From the IMG/VR virus record IMGVR_UViG_3300020187_000010: 64,000 nucleotides of DNA, one strand, 5' to 3'. This document shows, piece after piece, positions 16,261 to 26,143 of the stretch. The stretch's first letter is position 1. Every line of letters begins with the position of its first letter. The position numbers were made by a program, and so were the translations under genes. The notes beneath the pieces were generated by a model that had not been told where the DNA came from, ran no database searches, and was given only the letters and a program-made list of their open reading frames with translations. Origin of the DNA: a virus.

Positions 16261-17018
16261 GAGAACTCTTTTACAAATATATCATATAGGTATTGTGACC
16301 ACGCTTCATGAGCGGGTTCGTTGGGATGTCCAAACTCTAATATTTCGAAGTCATTCTCGGCAAAAGTATAAAAGTCGATATACCTACCAAGTCCAAGTCT
16401 ACTGGTATCTTTCAAACTACTAAGTGATTTGTGGGTATACTCTATCCATTCAGTCCAAGGAGAATCGGTTCTTTTGAATCTTGGATGTGTTGACAATAAA
16501 ATATTCGACCAACACCTTTTGTGGAAAGAACCCTGTATTAATTTGATACCCATACTATCACATATCAATTCCATACTTTTCATGAAACTTAGATGATGTG
16601 TTATTTTAGTACGAAGAACATCCATCTTTTCTAATGCGGGGGACAATAGTTGTTCTAGTTCAGGTTTAATATGGTGCATCCTAGCAGGAGAGAATTGCGA
16701 CATACATTGGAACCGTTGGATACCAACCTCTCTTTCCCATCCAGATACTCTATTTTCTGCAGCCTCGTCTCTCTGCCACGCAGACCAAAGAATTACCATA
16801 TGAGTAGGATTTTCTTTAGTCGGATCTAAAAGATAGTCTATAGTGTCTCGAAATATTTTATCATTACACGCACCACAAGTAGCGAGATTCACATATTCTG
16901 TTTTTAATTTTTTAGATAAATGATGGGTGAATGTTAAATGGTAATGTTCTGGCGGACTCTTATCATATCCCTGCAACTCATCACCCCATACGAAACTGCA
17001 ACCATTAGTTAGTAACAT
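16257..17018 (-). CDS. SGNH/GDSL-like hydrolase (paralog 1)
   Basis: NGCSFVWGDEL, NLA..GACN..IFR, GHPNEPAH. Confidence 0.75.
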   Translation of the reverse strand: MLLTNGCSFVWGDELQGYDKSPPEHYHLTFTHHLSKKLKTEYVNLATCGACNDKIFRDTIDYLLDPTKENPTHMVILWSAWQRDEAAENRVSGWEREVGIQRFQCMSQFSPARMHHIKPELEQLLSPALEKMDVLRTKITHHLSFMKSMELICDSMGIKLIQGSFHKRCWSNILLSTHPRFKRTDSPWTEWIEYTHKSLSSLKDTSRLGLGRYIDFYTFAENDFEILEFGHPNEPAHEAWSQYLYDIFVKEFS

Positions 17019-17809
17019 GGTAACATTTCTGCCGCAGTAATTATATGAGCAATAAGTTTAGCGTATTCCGTATGGGTATCTTCATCAGCATGACCCATGG
17101 GTTTTAACGTGTAACTTTTCTCAGCCAAGGTATAAAGGTCTGTATAATTACCCAAACCCATTCTACATTCAGGACGCAAGTCTTTAAGGATTTTTTTAAC
17201 TTCTTTCTTATAATCTTCGAAACCATCCATTTTGAGAGTGGATAATATATTTTTATACATGTCACCGTGGATTACGCCCTGTATGATAGGGATCATCATC
17301 ATCTCACAAATAAACTGCATCTGTTGCATACATTTCAAACCATATAATATTTGAGTCTGCATGGTAAGAACATCTTCAGTATATGCTTTGAGAATTTCCT
17401 TTCTGTTTTTATTAGTACTATCACCCCATTCTAATTCAAAGGATGTACTCTTGTGTGAAGGTATTATCTGGTTCATGTTACATTCTTGAGGGATATGTAT
17501 ATCTTTATCCGCAAGAAAATGTTCAGACTCACACAGCTCAAACCTTCCCCAATTACTCCACATTATAACAACCATATCAACATGGTCAGATGGACGCATT
17601 AGAAAGTCGAGTGTTCTACGGTAAATCTTCGCGTTTGAAGAACCGTTCTCTGCAAGGTTCACATAAGGGAGATGCAATCTCTCTGATAATTTGTGTGTGT
17701 ATGTGTGACGATGGTGGGTGTCGATCCCATTCGGAGATCGACTTCCCTCTAGTTCATCGCCATAGGTGAACGAGTCACCATTAGTCAGTAGTATTCCCAT
17801 TATTCCCAT
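17009..17809 (-). CDS. SGNH/GDSL-like hydrolase (paralog 2)
   Basis: NGDSFTYGDEL, NLA.NGSSN..IYR, GHADEDTH; start codon uncertain. Confidence 0.75.
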   Translation of the reverse strand: MGIMGILLTNGDSFTYGDELEGSRSPNGIDTHHRHTYTHKLSERLHLPYVNLAENGSSNAKIYRRTLDFLMRPSDHVDMVVIMWSNWGRFELCESEHFLADKDIHIPQECNMNQIIPSHKSTSFELEWGDSTNKNRKEILKAYTEDVLTMQTQILYGLKCMQQMQFICEMMMIPIIQGVIHGDMYKNILSTLKMDGFEDYKKEVKKILKDLRPECRMGLGNYTDLYTLAEKSYTLKPMGHADEDTHTEYAKLIAHIITAAEMLPCY

Positions 17810-18317
17810 GAATCCTATCGTGTTCAAACAACTTCAGAAAACCATAATGAATTGTTTTCATAATGTCTTTACGCCAGTCAGCAGGGTTCTCTCCCTTGTT
17901 GCCATATCGACCATTATACTTGTCAATATTACCAGCAAAGAATCCCATACCATGACCACGATCAACGATGACTTCAGATGATTGAAGACCCCCTTGACCA
18001 TAGTGACCACTGTAAGTAGTATCTATATATTTCCTAAACTCTTCGATCAGTTCTCTTTCACGGAACTTGTAATCAATATCATCCGTATACTCATTCCAAG
18101 TAGTGAACTCATTCCAAGTATTGGTCGAATTATCTAGATAATTTGAGGTCAAATTATCTTGCCAGTAAAGTGCATCTCCATTGTAAGAAATGTCTGCATC
18201 AGTAATCGTGCGGCTGCGCAGTGCGTTTGCATGTGCCTGATCCCATTCTTCGGGAGTTGCGTCATTCAGACTACGACCACCTACAGTAACGTCACCATAA
18301 TATTCAGAACCCGCCAT
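17781..18317 (-). CDS. DUF3310-like protein (nucleotide kinase/SaV-like) with an N-terminal extension
   Basis: YIDTTYSGHY...GF.AGNI.KY..RYG.KG...D..K.IHY. Confidence 0.6.
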   Translation of the reverse strand: MAGSEYYGDVTVGGRSLNDATPEEWDQAHANALRSRTITDADISYNGDALYWQDNLTSNYLDNSTNTWNEFTTWNEYTDDIDYKFRERELIEEFRKYIDTTYSGHYGQGGLQSSEVIVDRGHGMGFFAGNIDKYNGRYGNKGENPADWRKDIMKTIHYGFLKLFEHDRIHGNNGNTTD

Positions 18318-18562
18318 TAGAACAACTCCTCATATAATGCTTCAAGGTCTTCGTACTCGGTACGAACTTCTGCCATGTTTGCTTTGTGATAAATCGTAGC
18401 AAGTTTACGGATATGTTTCTTATCCACGCCATGGTTCTCAAAGGTGACTTGAACGATATCTTTAATCAAGTCTTTCTCTGCATCGATGCGAGTCATACTA
18501 TCAGATAGTTCTTTAATCGCACCTGCAACTTTCTTTTTATCTTCGGGGGTCAATGTAATCAT
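18317..18562 (-). CDS. dsbA: double-stranded DNA-binding protein, T4 DsbA-like
   Basis: AIKELSDSMTRIDAEKDLIKDI...IRKLATIYHK...E.E..EALYE. Confidence 0.7.
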   Translation of the reverse strand: MITLTPEDKKKVAGAIKELSDSMTRIDAEKDLIKDIVQVTFENHGVDKKHIRKLATIYHKANMAEVRTEYEDLEALYEELF

Positions 18563-19227
18563 TCTGTTTCAATATCCTCAATTAATAAATCACGTAAGTC
18601 TCGCGCCTGTTGGTCACGAGGATCATTTTTTCCATACCCGCAAAACTTATATGCGAGTGTAATTCTGTCTTCTCCTGCATACGCAGAATGCCAACAGAGA
18701 TCTTTAGGTTCATCTTCGGGAGCAAAGTAGAAGTGTCTACATTGCCATCCCGGCACGTCCTGTAAGGTAACTATCTCACCTGTGTCGTTGTCACGGTACT
18801 TGAAGTATCCATTGCCACTCTTAGACCAAGTGAATAATACTTGATATGCAGATGCGTCATAGTTAGTGTGCCATCCAACAAACCCGCCAGGCGGATAATA
18901 TGATAATAGTGCAGAAGTATGTGCACCGATATCGGCTGCAAAATCATACTTGACACGTTTCATATAATCCGACCAGACTTTGGGTTGAGCACGAACCATC
19001 TTAGAGATAGGTTGTGCAAAATGTCTGTCTGGTACACCTACTAGTGTATCACGTGACAGACACTCTGTCAAGTACTCTTCGGAACAAAAGTACTCCCCAT
19101 TAGTCTTATCTTCTTCTGCACTATACACTTGGTAGTCAGTACTAGAATAGTCACGACTAAAGAAATCCTCGACAAAACTGTCAAGGGTCTCTAGGAGTTC
19201 TTTGTTCCGAATAGTTACTTCAGACAT
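18559..19227 (-). CDS. cupin/2OG-Fe(II) oxygenase-like protein
   Basis: YYPPGGFVGWHTN...WHSA...RITLAY; paralog of 45749-46372. Confidence 0.6.
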   Translation of the reverse strand: MSEVTIRNKELLETLDSFVEDFFSRDYSSTDYQVYSAEEDKTNGEYFCSEEYLTECLSRDTLVGVPDRHFAQPISKMVRAQPKVWSDYMKRVKYDFAADIGAHTSALLSYYPPGGFVGWHTNYDASAYQVLFTWSKSGNGYFKYRDNDTGEIVTLQDVPGWQCRHFYFAPEDEPKDLCWHSAYAGEDRITLAYKFCGYGKNDPRDQQARDLRDLLIEDIETE

Positions 19228-19496
19228 TAAATTATAATGCCACTAGTAGCTTCGATCCATGCTTTCTCAAAAGACTCATTTGTCGGTACAGTGAAAATAA
19301 CATCACTAAACGTCAAAGTCTTTGGATTTTCAACAGCAGACATACATACACCACGACCGAAACCAATCGTACCATCTTCACCACGTACAATAAGACGTGG
19401 GTCTTGTACATGTACCGCACCTGCATCAATTCGATCCAATCGTGCAATATATTCACCTACACCCGTCATCACTGTAACGATATCACCCTTCTTCAT
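19227..19496 (-). CDS. conserved small beta protein (possibly Sm-like fold)
   Basis: GDIVTV....GEYIARL......V.DPR pattern. Confidence 0.55.
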   Translation of the reverse strand: MKKGDIVTVMTGVGEYIARLDRIDAGAVHVQDPRLIVRGEDGTIGFGRGVCMSAVENPKTLTFSDVIFTVPTNESFEKAWIEATSGIII

Positions 19497-19671
19497 TTTC
19501 TTCTCCTACCTTGTTTACCTTATTTAAAAACCAAGAACCACTTTCTTCTGTTAGTTCCCATTCTATCACATCCCCTACCTTCAAGTCAAGTTCTTTCATT
19601 AATTCATCACTAAACTCAATGCATTGATGTCCTTCTTCATCCAATACTACTGGACAACTGTATTTACTCAT
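19483..19671 (-). CDS. AbrB/MazE-like small DNA-binding protein
   Basis: IEFSDELMKELDLKVGDVIEW. Confidence 0.65.
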   Translation of the reverse strand: MSKYSCPVVLDEEGHQCIEFSDELMKELDLKVGDVIEWELTEESGSWFLNKVNKVGEENEEG

Positions 19672-20368
19672 TTTCCATTACCGCCTCTGCTATATCAGGG
19701 AAATGTGTTTTGATATGTTCCCAACACTGTTCCGCAACAATACGATGTTCCTTCTGAGTTTCGATACCCATACGCAACTGACAGAAGTGAATCCAAGAAC
19801 GCAAAGATCCTGCCATGTATAAGGTGGTACCTGTATTACCTTCGGGTAACACCACACGTGCTTGTTCCTTTGCGATACCATTATCTAGTGCCCAGTTATA
19901 TGCATCTTTCGCAGCCGCAATAACCTTCTTCTGTTTCATGTTCCAGTTTTCGACCAGACCATTCGCACTTGTCTTAGCACCTTCACTACCCACACCATAG
20001 TCAGCATCCGCAATATCAATAGATGCCTGACGGTTCTTGGGATCTTGCAATCTCGCCATACGAGTAGAGAAGTTCTCACTCTCCGCATAACGTTGGGAGA
20101 ACTCTTGATATGAAAACGAACGGTGACGGATAATCTGTCGAGAGATATCACGTGTCGTTTTTATTTCAAGAGTCATATGCACCATCTCGAATGGAGACCA
20201 GTGTTGATGTTTGATTAGATATTTCAACAACCTTGGTGCACTTTCAGTATTGTTTTGGTTAGAAGGATTACTCACCCTTGCAGTATATGCGATTAAATCA
20301 TTTGCATCCCAACAGTCAGTTACTCCAACGTTTGGTTTGCTAATCGCAACTAAATTCACTTCACTCAT
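19664..20368 (-). CDS. thyX: FAD-dependent thymidylate synthase
   Basis: HWSPFE, RQIIRHRSFSYQEFSQRY, KEQARVVLP; start at MSEVNL. Confidence 0.95.
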   Translation of the reverse strand: MSEVNLVAISKPNVGVTDCWDANDLIAYTARVSNPSNQNNTESAPRLLKYLIKHQHWSPFEMVHMTLEIKTTRDISRQIIRHRSFSYQEFSQRYAESENFSTRMARLQDPKNRQASIDIADADYGVGSEGAKTSANGLVENWNMKQKKVIAAAKDAYNWALDNGIAKEQARVVLPEGNTGTTLYMAGSLRSWIHFCQLRMGIETQKEHRIVAEQCWEHIKTHFPDIAEAVMENE

Positions 20369-20525
20369 CTTCTTCTTCTTCCTCATCTAATGTTAGTGTT
20401 ATACCTTGACCTTCGAACCATACAATCGCCAGTTCAATACCCTTTAGTTTACCGAAATGATTACCCAAATAGTAGGCACCAATCATCAAGGCAAGAGTTA
20501 ATAGTGTTTGATATTCTGGACTCAT
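20361..20525 (-). CDS. small membrane protein with an acidic tail (54 aa, not in the ORF track)
   Basis: MSPEYQTLLTLALMIGAYYLG...DEEEEEDE bridges gene 41 and thyX. Confidence 0.6.
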   Translation of the reverse strand: MSPEYQTLLTLALMIGAYYLGNHFGKLKGIELAIVWFEGQGITLTLDEEEEEDE

Positions 20526-21919
20526 AATTTGAAATCTCCGAATCTATTTTCCGACTTTAGTCTTTGACCAGAATTCGAGTTATCAAACGCAGGGCCATTA
20601 TCTTCTTCTTTGTTTAGAGGAGAATCATTCTGATCCACATCAAATAAACGCATCTTAGAACGATCCACACCAACAACAAACCTTTGATTAGAACCAACAT
20701 CATTGTAACGATTCTTCAACTGTTTGATTAATATCTGACCATTGTTTGAGAGTTCATCATTACTAATCAATGCAAACATAAGGTCAGCGGTAGCAGGTAG
20801 ACCAAATGATTCCGAAGTATCTTCGAGTCCCACATCATCATTCCCGTAACCACCACGAGTAGTCTGTGTCGCAGACATAACAGGTACATCAAACTCTACC
20901 GCAAGACCACGTAGTTCTTCTGCAATGGACTTGATATATGTGTAAGAGTTGATAGAACCACCCATCGCTTTCATCCGTGAAGACGAACATATGTTCAGAT
21001 AATCAATATATATCATATCCGGAACAAAGTTCTTCTTCAACTTCAGTTCATTCAATAATGCACGGAAGTGAGACGCATTTGCTTGACCGGTAGGATATTC
21101 TTTAATTATCAATCTACCATTAGTCTTTGCCTGAATCTGAGAAACCTTGTCGGTGAACATCTGCTTGGATAGATTCTCTAATTGATCGATAGGTATGTTC
21201 AACAAGTTTGCATCGATACGTTCTGCGATACGTTCTTCGGCCATCTCCATAGTGATATACAATACATTCCTACCCATAGAGAGTGCGGCACCCGCACAGT
21301 GACACATAAACAGAGACTTACCTACACCAGTACCTGCAAGTGCAATGTTCAGGGTCTTGTTAGGAATACCACCCTTGGTGATCTGGTTGAATAGATCTAG
21401 GTCAAACGGAATACGTTCTTCTTGTTCGTGGTAGAAGTCATATCGACCTTCGACATTCTCAAGATAATCGTGACCAATGTTAGTATCAAATGTAACACCC
21501 AGTGCCTTAGATAGAATATCCGGAATCGCATTCTTAGATAGTGTCTGGTGTTTACCATCAATGATAGAGATAGACTCCATGATAGAATTGTAGACCGCAC
21601 GGTCTTGACACCACTTCTCGGTACGATCAATCAACCAGTCAAGGTTCTCTGCCTCAGCAGTAAAGATGTTTGGAAGTATCTCGATTGCATGACGATATTG
21701 TTCATCATTGAGACGATCACCTTCATCGACCTCAATCTTAAATGCTTCCATTGTGGGGAGTTTATTATACTTTGCAATAAACTTGGTGAATTCATTGAAG
21801 AGTCCTTTGTAGACCCCTTCAAAATAGTCAGGTGTTAGGAACGCTGCAACCTTTCTCGCATATGCATCATTCGTTAATAGATTCCTCAGAATCGTTTGTT
21901 CCAGATTGATTTCCAACAT
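20522..21919 (-). CDS. 41: replicative DNA helicase gp41
   Basis: AGTGVGKS Walker A, YITMEMAE, IDYLNI, SATQTTR, KQLKNRY. Confidence 0.95.
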   Translation of the reverse strand: MLEINLEQTILRNLLTNDAYARKVAAFLTPDYFEGVYKGLFNEFTKFIAKYNKLPTMEAFKIEVDEGDRLNDEQYRHAIEILPNIFTAEAENLDWLIDRTEKWCQDRAVYNSIMESISIIDGKHQTLSKNAIPDILSKALGVTFDTNIGHDYLENVEGRYDFYHEQEERIPFDLDLFNQITKGGIPNKTLNIALAGTGVGKSLFMCHCAGAALSMGRNVLYITMEMAEERIAERIDANLLNIPIDQLENLSKQMFTDKVSQIQAKTNGRLIIKEYPTGQANASHFRALLNELKLKKNFVPDMIYIDYLNICSSSRMKAMGGSINSYTYIKSIAEELRGLAVEFDVPVMSATQTTRGGYGNDDVGLEDTSESFGLPATADLMFALISNDELSNNGQILIKQLKNRYNDVGSNQRFVVGVDRSKMRLFDVDQNDSPLNKEEDNGPAFDNSNSGQRLKSENRFGDFKL

Positions 21920-22238
21920 CTTCTCCATTCTTTTTCTCAGTACCGTATACCCAACCTTCATTTATACCACGTTCAAGTATATCTTCTAGAATAGAACCAG
22001 AGAATTCTTGGAGGTCTTCACTAGAAGAATCCAACTCATCATCCGGAGATTCTACTACACGAAAGTCAAAGGTAAGACAATCGCGTTCTCCATCATACTT
22101 GATCGTGCCAAAACGTAACACGGTTTCGGTAAACTCACCACGCAGGATGCGAACATCCCACGCGGCCTCATTATCTACATATTCGACAGGGATCAACTCA
22201 TAGTCAACCCCCTCACTCACCTTGTCGAGATTAATCAT
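21867..22238 (-). CDS. conserved protein at the gp40 position
   Basis: Lies between uvsX and 41 as T4 gene 40 does; sequence match not verified. Confidence 0.5.
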   Translation of the reverse strand: MINLDKVSEGVDYELIPVEYVDNEAAWDVRILRGEFTETVLRFGTIKYDGERDCLTFDFRVVESPDDELDSSSEDLQEFSGSILEDILERGINEGWVYGTEKKNGEDVGNQSGTNDSEESINE

Positions 22239-23298
22239 TTATATCTTCGCCATCTATTTGTACTATTATATCAGGATCTACTTGCATTGGCAATCCAATT
22301 TGATATTGTTTTCTAATAAATTCTGCAAAGTCTGTAAATTCCCAAATAGGTGCCCAGAACTCATCGGTCAGAGTATCTTTCTGTCGAACCTTCGGATCTA
22401 CCAACTCACCAGTACTTTTGTCTACACGTTGATACCAACCATTACTTGGTTTGAAAACATATCCACCGGCAAGAGCAACATCAAGTAGTCCAGAGTTCTT
22501 CTCGACACCACCATCCCAAGATACTGAGATAGGAATCTTAGACTTCTCTTTAAGGTAACGAGACTTCTCGATGTTGACTACGAAATCATAACCAGTAACT
22601 TCGGTACCCGTCTTAGTCTGTCTACGACCGATGATCCAGATAGTATCAGCACTATAATAGATACCAGTACCACCACCAACAACATCCTTCGGAAACAATC
22701 CAATCTCTTTGTAGGTGTGATTGATAGCCAACATAGGAATGTTTTTCATTGCAAGGTATGGTGTTGACATACGGAACAGACCCTTCAATGCCTTCGCACG
22801 TGACATGTCCGCAACACCCTTCTCTGCCAATGCATCATCGAGTTCTTTCTTAGACGCAAGGTTACCAATAGAATCGATTACAATGATAACGTCATCATCA
22901 CGATCAATCTCTTCTAGTTGAGAGATAAGGTCAAACTTTAGTTCTTCTACATTCGTGATAGGAGTGTGAAGAACACGACTAGTGTCAATTCCAAACTGTT
23001 CGAAATAAGATTGGGGTGAACCGAACTCACTATCGTAGAATAAAATAACTGCATCTTTTCTCTCCCGTAAGTATGCACCAGCCATAAGTAGTGCAAATGA
23101 TGTTTTAAAGTGTTTAGATGGCCCTGCGAGGACGGTCAGTCCAGGCGTAACACCACCGTCAATAGAACCGGACAATGCGACATTGACCATAGGTACATCT
23201 GTAGAAACCATATCCTTTTCTGTGAAGAACTTACTCTTTGACATAACCTCGGCACTCTTGACCTTGGAGTTCTTCTTCAATTTATTCATTATACTCAT
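22231..23298 (-). CDS. uvsX: RecA-like recombinase UvsX
   Basis: AGPSKHFKT, FYDSEFG, IDSIGNLASKKE, GGTGIYYSAD. Confidence 0.95.
   Translation of the reverse strand: MSIMNKLKKNSKVKSAEVMSKSKFFTEKDMVSTDVPMVNVALSGSIDGGVTPGLTVLAGPSKHFKTSFALLMAGAYLRERKDAVILFYDSEFGSPQSYFEQFGIDTSRVLHTPITNVEELKFDLISQLEEIDRDDDVIIVIDSIGNLASKKELDDALAEKGVADMSRAKALKGLFRMSTPYLAMKNIPMLAINHTYKEIGLFPKDVVGGGTGIYYSADTIWIIGRRQTKTGTEVTGYDFVVNIEKSRYLKEKSKIPISVSWDGGVEKNSGLLDVALAGGYVFKPSNGWYQRVDKSTGELVDPKVRQKDTLTDEFWAPIWEFTDFAEFIRKQYQIGLPMQVDPDIIVQIDGEDIND
22265..22293 (-). promoter_or_regulatory. sigma70-type promoter for 40/41
   Basis: TTGCCA-17-TATAAT in the 3' end of uvsX. Confidence 0.65.
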
Positions 23299-24278
23299 AC
23301 GTCTTTCTCATCTCCAAATGATATATTATTTACTTTTTCACGTTCATCTAACTCGTATATTATACGATATTTGTTGTTGATTGTCAAGACATTTTCTAAC
23401 AGATCGAACTTTTCTCCCTGAGATTCGGAAAACTTCAGAAGTGCCATAGTGTCTTTGGGTAGACATGCACCACCAAACCCACGTTTCTTATCAGGGCCAG
23501 GCACACGGGTATGTTTGATGCCGATACGATCATCCGCACCCATTGCACGAGTAATCATATTATAACTACAATCAAATGAATCCACCAACTCTTTCAACTG
23601 GTTGAAGAATGTCAACTTAGTTGCAAGATAGGAATTGGTCGCATACTTAACAAAGGATGCCTCGCACCCAGACATACGATAGTATTTGTCGGACTTACAC
23701 CCACTAAAGATATCATAGATCTGTTGTAGTTCATTACACGCAGGATCCGTACCACCAAACACATGATGTTCCGCATTGACGAAATCTTCACACGCAGACT
23801 TCTCGGTCAGGAATTCGGGATTGTACACGAATCGATCAAAGTCTTGAGGTTCGATTGAATTGTATATTCTATCCACAATGTCGGGAGTGATTGTTGATTT
23901 GACAACAACAAGTGCGTTAGTATGGTACATCAACTTGAGTACCGCATCTTCTACAATAGACGCGTCCACAAAACCCGTCTCTGAGTTCTGTGGAGTAGGT
24001 GCAGCGATAAACGCAATCTGTGGTTTATACTTCACAAGATCATCGATAGTAGTTTGGTTATTCGGATCAACAATAAAGTGTTCTACCATAGGATGATAGA
24101 ACGCATATTCTACAGCCTTACCTACAAACCCATGTCCCACGATACCCATACGTAAAGGATTCTTCTTACTCACACCTTCGGGTTGAGATTCACCTTCGGG
24201 TTTCTCGGGGACATATTCATCAAAATCATCTGCCACTATTGTACTCCATATACCATTCATAAAAATTACGGATACCAT
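23295..24278 (-). CDS. ugd: UDP-glucose/GDP-mannose 6-dehydrogenase family protein
   Basis: GHGFVG, VKSTI.P, YNPEFL, KY..N..LA.K..FFN, GFGGACLPKD; true start probably near 24236. Confidence 0.9.
   Translation of the reverse strand: MVSVIFMNGIWSTIVADDFDEYVPEKPEGESQPEGVSKKNPLRMGIVGHGFVGKAVEYAFYHPMVEHFIVDPNNQTTIDDLVKYKPQIAFIAAPTPQNSETGFVDASIVEDAVLKLMYHTNALVVVKSTITPDIVDRIYNSIEPQDFDRFVYNPEFLTEKSACEDFVNAEHHVFGGTDPACNELQQIYDIFSGCKSDKYYRMSGCEASFVKYATNSYLATKLTFFNQLKELVDSFDCSYNMITRAMGADDRIGIKHTRVPGPDKKRGFGGACLPKDTMALLKFSESQGEKFDLLENVLTINNKYRIIYELDEREKVNNISFGDEKDV
23359..23387 (-). promoter_or_regulatory. sigma70-type promoter for uvsX
   Basis: TTGACA-17-TATAAT in the 3' end of ugd. Confidence 0.75.
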
Positions 24279-25164
24279 CTTCTACGTTAGTAGTTGGATG
24301 ATAACCAAGTTTTTCTAACTTACCTGTGTTAGACCAAGTTTCTTTTGTGTCTGCGGGATGTTTTGGTGCCATCAACTTGATTGCGGACTTACCCGTATTC
24401 TTTTCGATCTCTGAAATAAAGTCCATAAGTTGTACCGGTGCACCACGACCAATATTGAAGATCTCTCCTGCATCCACATCATTATTCAACACACATTCTA
24501 TACCATCTAGGATATCTTCTACGTATGTAAAATCACGTTTCATGTCACCATAATTATACACTGTTATTGGTTTCTCGGCAAGTATATTTTTGGTGAAGTC
24601 AAACAATGCCATATCCGGACGACCCCAAGGGCCATAGACCGTAAAGAATCTCAGACCAATAGTGTGGAGACCAGACCCCTGCATCTGACATTCATTGGCC
24701 CATTTAGTCCACCCATAAGGATTCAACTGTTTACCAGTCTCTTTACCTTCTGTCCAAGGTAGTTCAGAACCCGCAAAGACACAAGAGGTTGACGCATATA
24801 CAATACGTGCGTCCGGTGCATGTCTCTTACAGGCATCAATGAGATTCTGCGTACCATCGATATTGTTTGCATGATATTGTTTTTCTTTACCGAACGAATC
24901 ACGCACACCTGCATGTGCTGCAAGGTGAATAATATCTGTGGGTTTGACACCTTCGATGAGATTGTCCATCGCTTCTTCATCACGAAGATCCACATTCAGG
25001 ACATCAATACCAAAATGTTCGACACGATGATGTTTCAGTGTGGGACTATACAAATGGTCATTGTAATTATCCATACCAATAACCCAATAACCTTCTCGTT
25101 TTAATCTGTTACATAATTGCGATCCGATGAATCCTGCCGCACCTGTTACTAAATATTTTCTCAT
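24226..25164 (-). CDS. NAD-dependent epimerase, UDP-glucuronate 4-epimerase type
   Basis: TGAAGFIG, HLAA.AGVR.S, YGWTK, LRFFTVYGPWGRPDMA. Confidence 0.9.
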   Translation of the reverse strand: MRKYLVTGAAGFIGSQLCNRLKREGYWVIGMDNYNDHLYSPTLKHHRVEHFGIDVLNVDLRDEEAMDNLIEGVKPTDIIHLAAHAGVRDSFGKEKQYHANNIDGTQNLIDACKRHAPDARIVYASTSCVFAGSELPWTEGKETGKQLNPYGWTKWANECQMQGSGLHTIGLRFFTVYGPWGRPDMALFDFTKNILAEKPITVYNYGDMKRDFTYVEDILDGIECVLNNDVDAGEIFNIGRGAPVQLMDFISEIEKNTGKSAIKLMAPKHPADTKETWSNTGKLEKLGYHPTTNVEDGIRNFYEWYMEYNSGR

Positions 25165-26108
25165 TATCCGTTCCTATAAACGTATTCTAGTGCACGATCT
25201 GCCTCTACACTGAGAGGACGGTTCTCGTACCAGTTTCCTGTTTCTTTATCAAACTCTTCACATAACCGAGAGATTTGGTTTGATGATATGGGGTAACCTC
25301 TACTTACCGCACTTCCGGCAATCGCAATCATTATCGCGTACATTTTAGCATACCAACCAGTTTCAGAAATGGTCTGGTATTCTATACCCAACCTTTTAGG
25401 CCAGAACGGACAATCGCGATACGAAGTCCAATTGAAGTTAGTATTATTTAGACTATTCTTACGATGTTCTACTACTGCCTTCTGCATCTCTGGTGGCAGT
25501 CTATCTAGGAAAGAGTTACCGGTCTTCTGTACATAAGGATGTCTGGCAATCAGTTCACCCACATTAATTGGATTGCCGCCCAGATGAGAGAAGAAGAAAT
25601 TAGTAGAACTAGGATATATTGCAGGAACATAGTACATCCGTGCAAGATCTTTTGTTTGCGGGTCACCAATTTCTCCAATTTCAGTATTAAGGGCGTACCA
25701 GAAGGATTTGATCGTATCTCGTTCAATAGTTTCCGATAGTCGGAAGACAATCCTGAATTTAAGATACTGATCCCTAGAACTAGCAGTACTATAACAGATG
25801 AAGTCCAGATCGCGAAACCTATCAATTAATTCACCCCTTAGAGAATCCAAATCATTAGTAAAATTATGGTTGTCCACATCAACAGCGCACCAACCACCCC
25901 AATATAAAGTAGATTTATTACTACGTGTGCTATCGGCTTCAAACACAGCAGGAGTAATAAGAGGACTAGAATTTCTACCACCCTTTTCACCTTTAGTTTG
26001 ACTCAATCCATACAACAACTCAACGAACTTGTCCCAACTCTTCAGAGACATTGTTCGGTGAGTCTTGTTATCGAACTGAGATTTAAATATAGTTAATTCA
26101 TAATTCAT
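25164..26108 (-). CDS. AEP-superfamily primase-like protein
   Basis: WCAVDVD (DxD), YSTASS..., KFRIVF.L, D....D.ARMYYVP and a helical C-terminal domain; directly follows gene 43. Confidence 0.6.
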   Translation of the reverse strand: MNYELTIFKSQFDNKTHRTMSLKSWDKFVELLYGLSQTKGEKGGRNSSPLITPAVFEADSTRSNKSTLYWGGWCAVDVDNHNFTNDLDSLRGELIDRFRDLDFICYSTASSRDQYLKFRIVFRLSETIERDTIKSFWYALNTEIGEIGDPQTKDLARMYYVPAIYPSSTNFFFSHLGGNPINVGELIARHPYVQKTGNSFLDRLPPEMQKAVVEHRKNSLNNTNFNWTSYRDCPFWPKRLGIEYQTISETGWYAKMYAIMIAIAGSAVSRGYPISSNQISRLCEEFDKETGNWYENRPLSVEADRALEYVYRNG

Positions 26109-26114
26109 AGATAC

Positions 26115-26143
26115 ATTATATCAAATAATTGACCACCTGTCAA
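26115..26143 (-). promoter_or_regulatory. sigma70-type promoter
   Basis: TTGACA-17-TATAAT; the -35 overlaps the gene 43 stop codon. Confidence 0.8.

Noticed and set aside
18089-18120. 14-bp direct repeat with an 18-nt period
   Set aside because: It is an in-frame micro-duplication (TWNEFT/TWNEYT) in a low-complexity N-terminal extension, with only two units.
19483-19671. AbrB/MazE-like gene as a toxin-antitoxin system
   Set aside because: The neighbouring genes show no toxin motifs.
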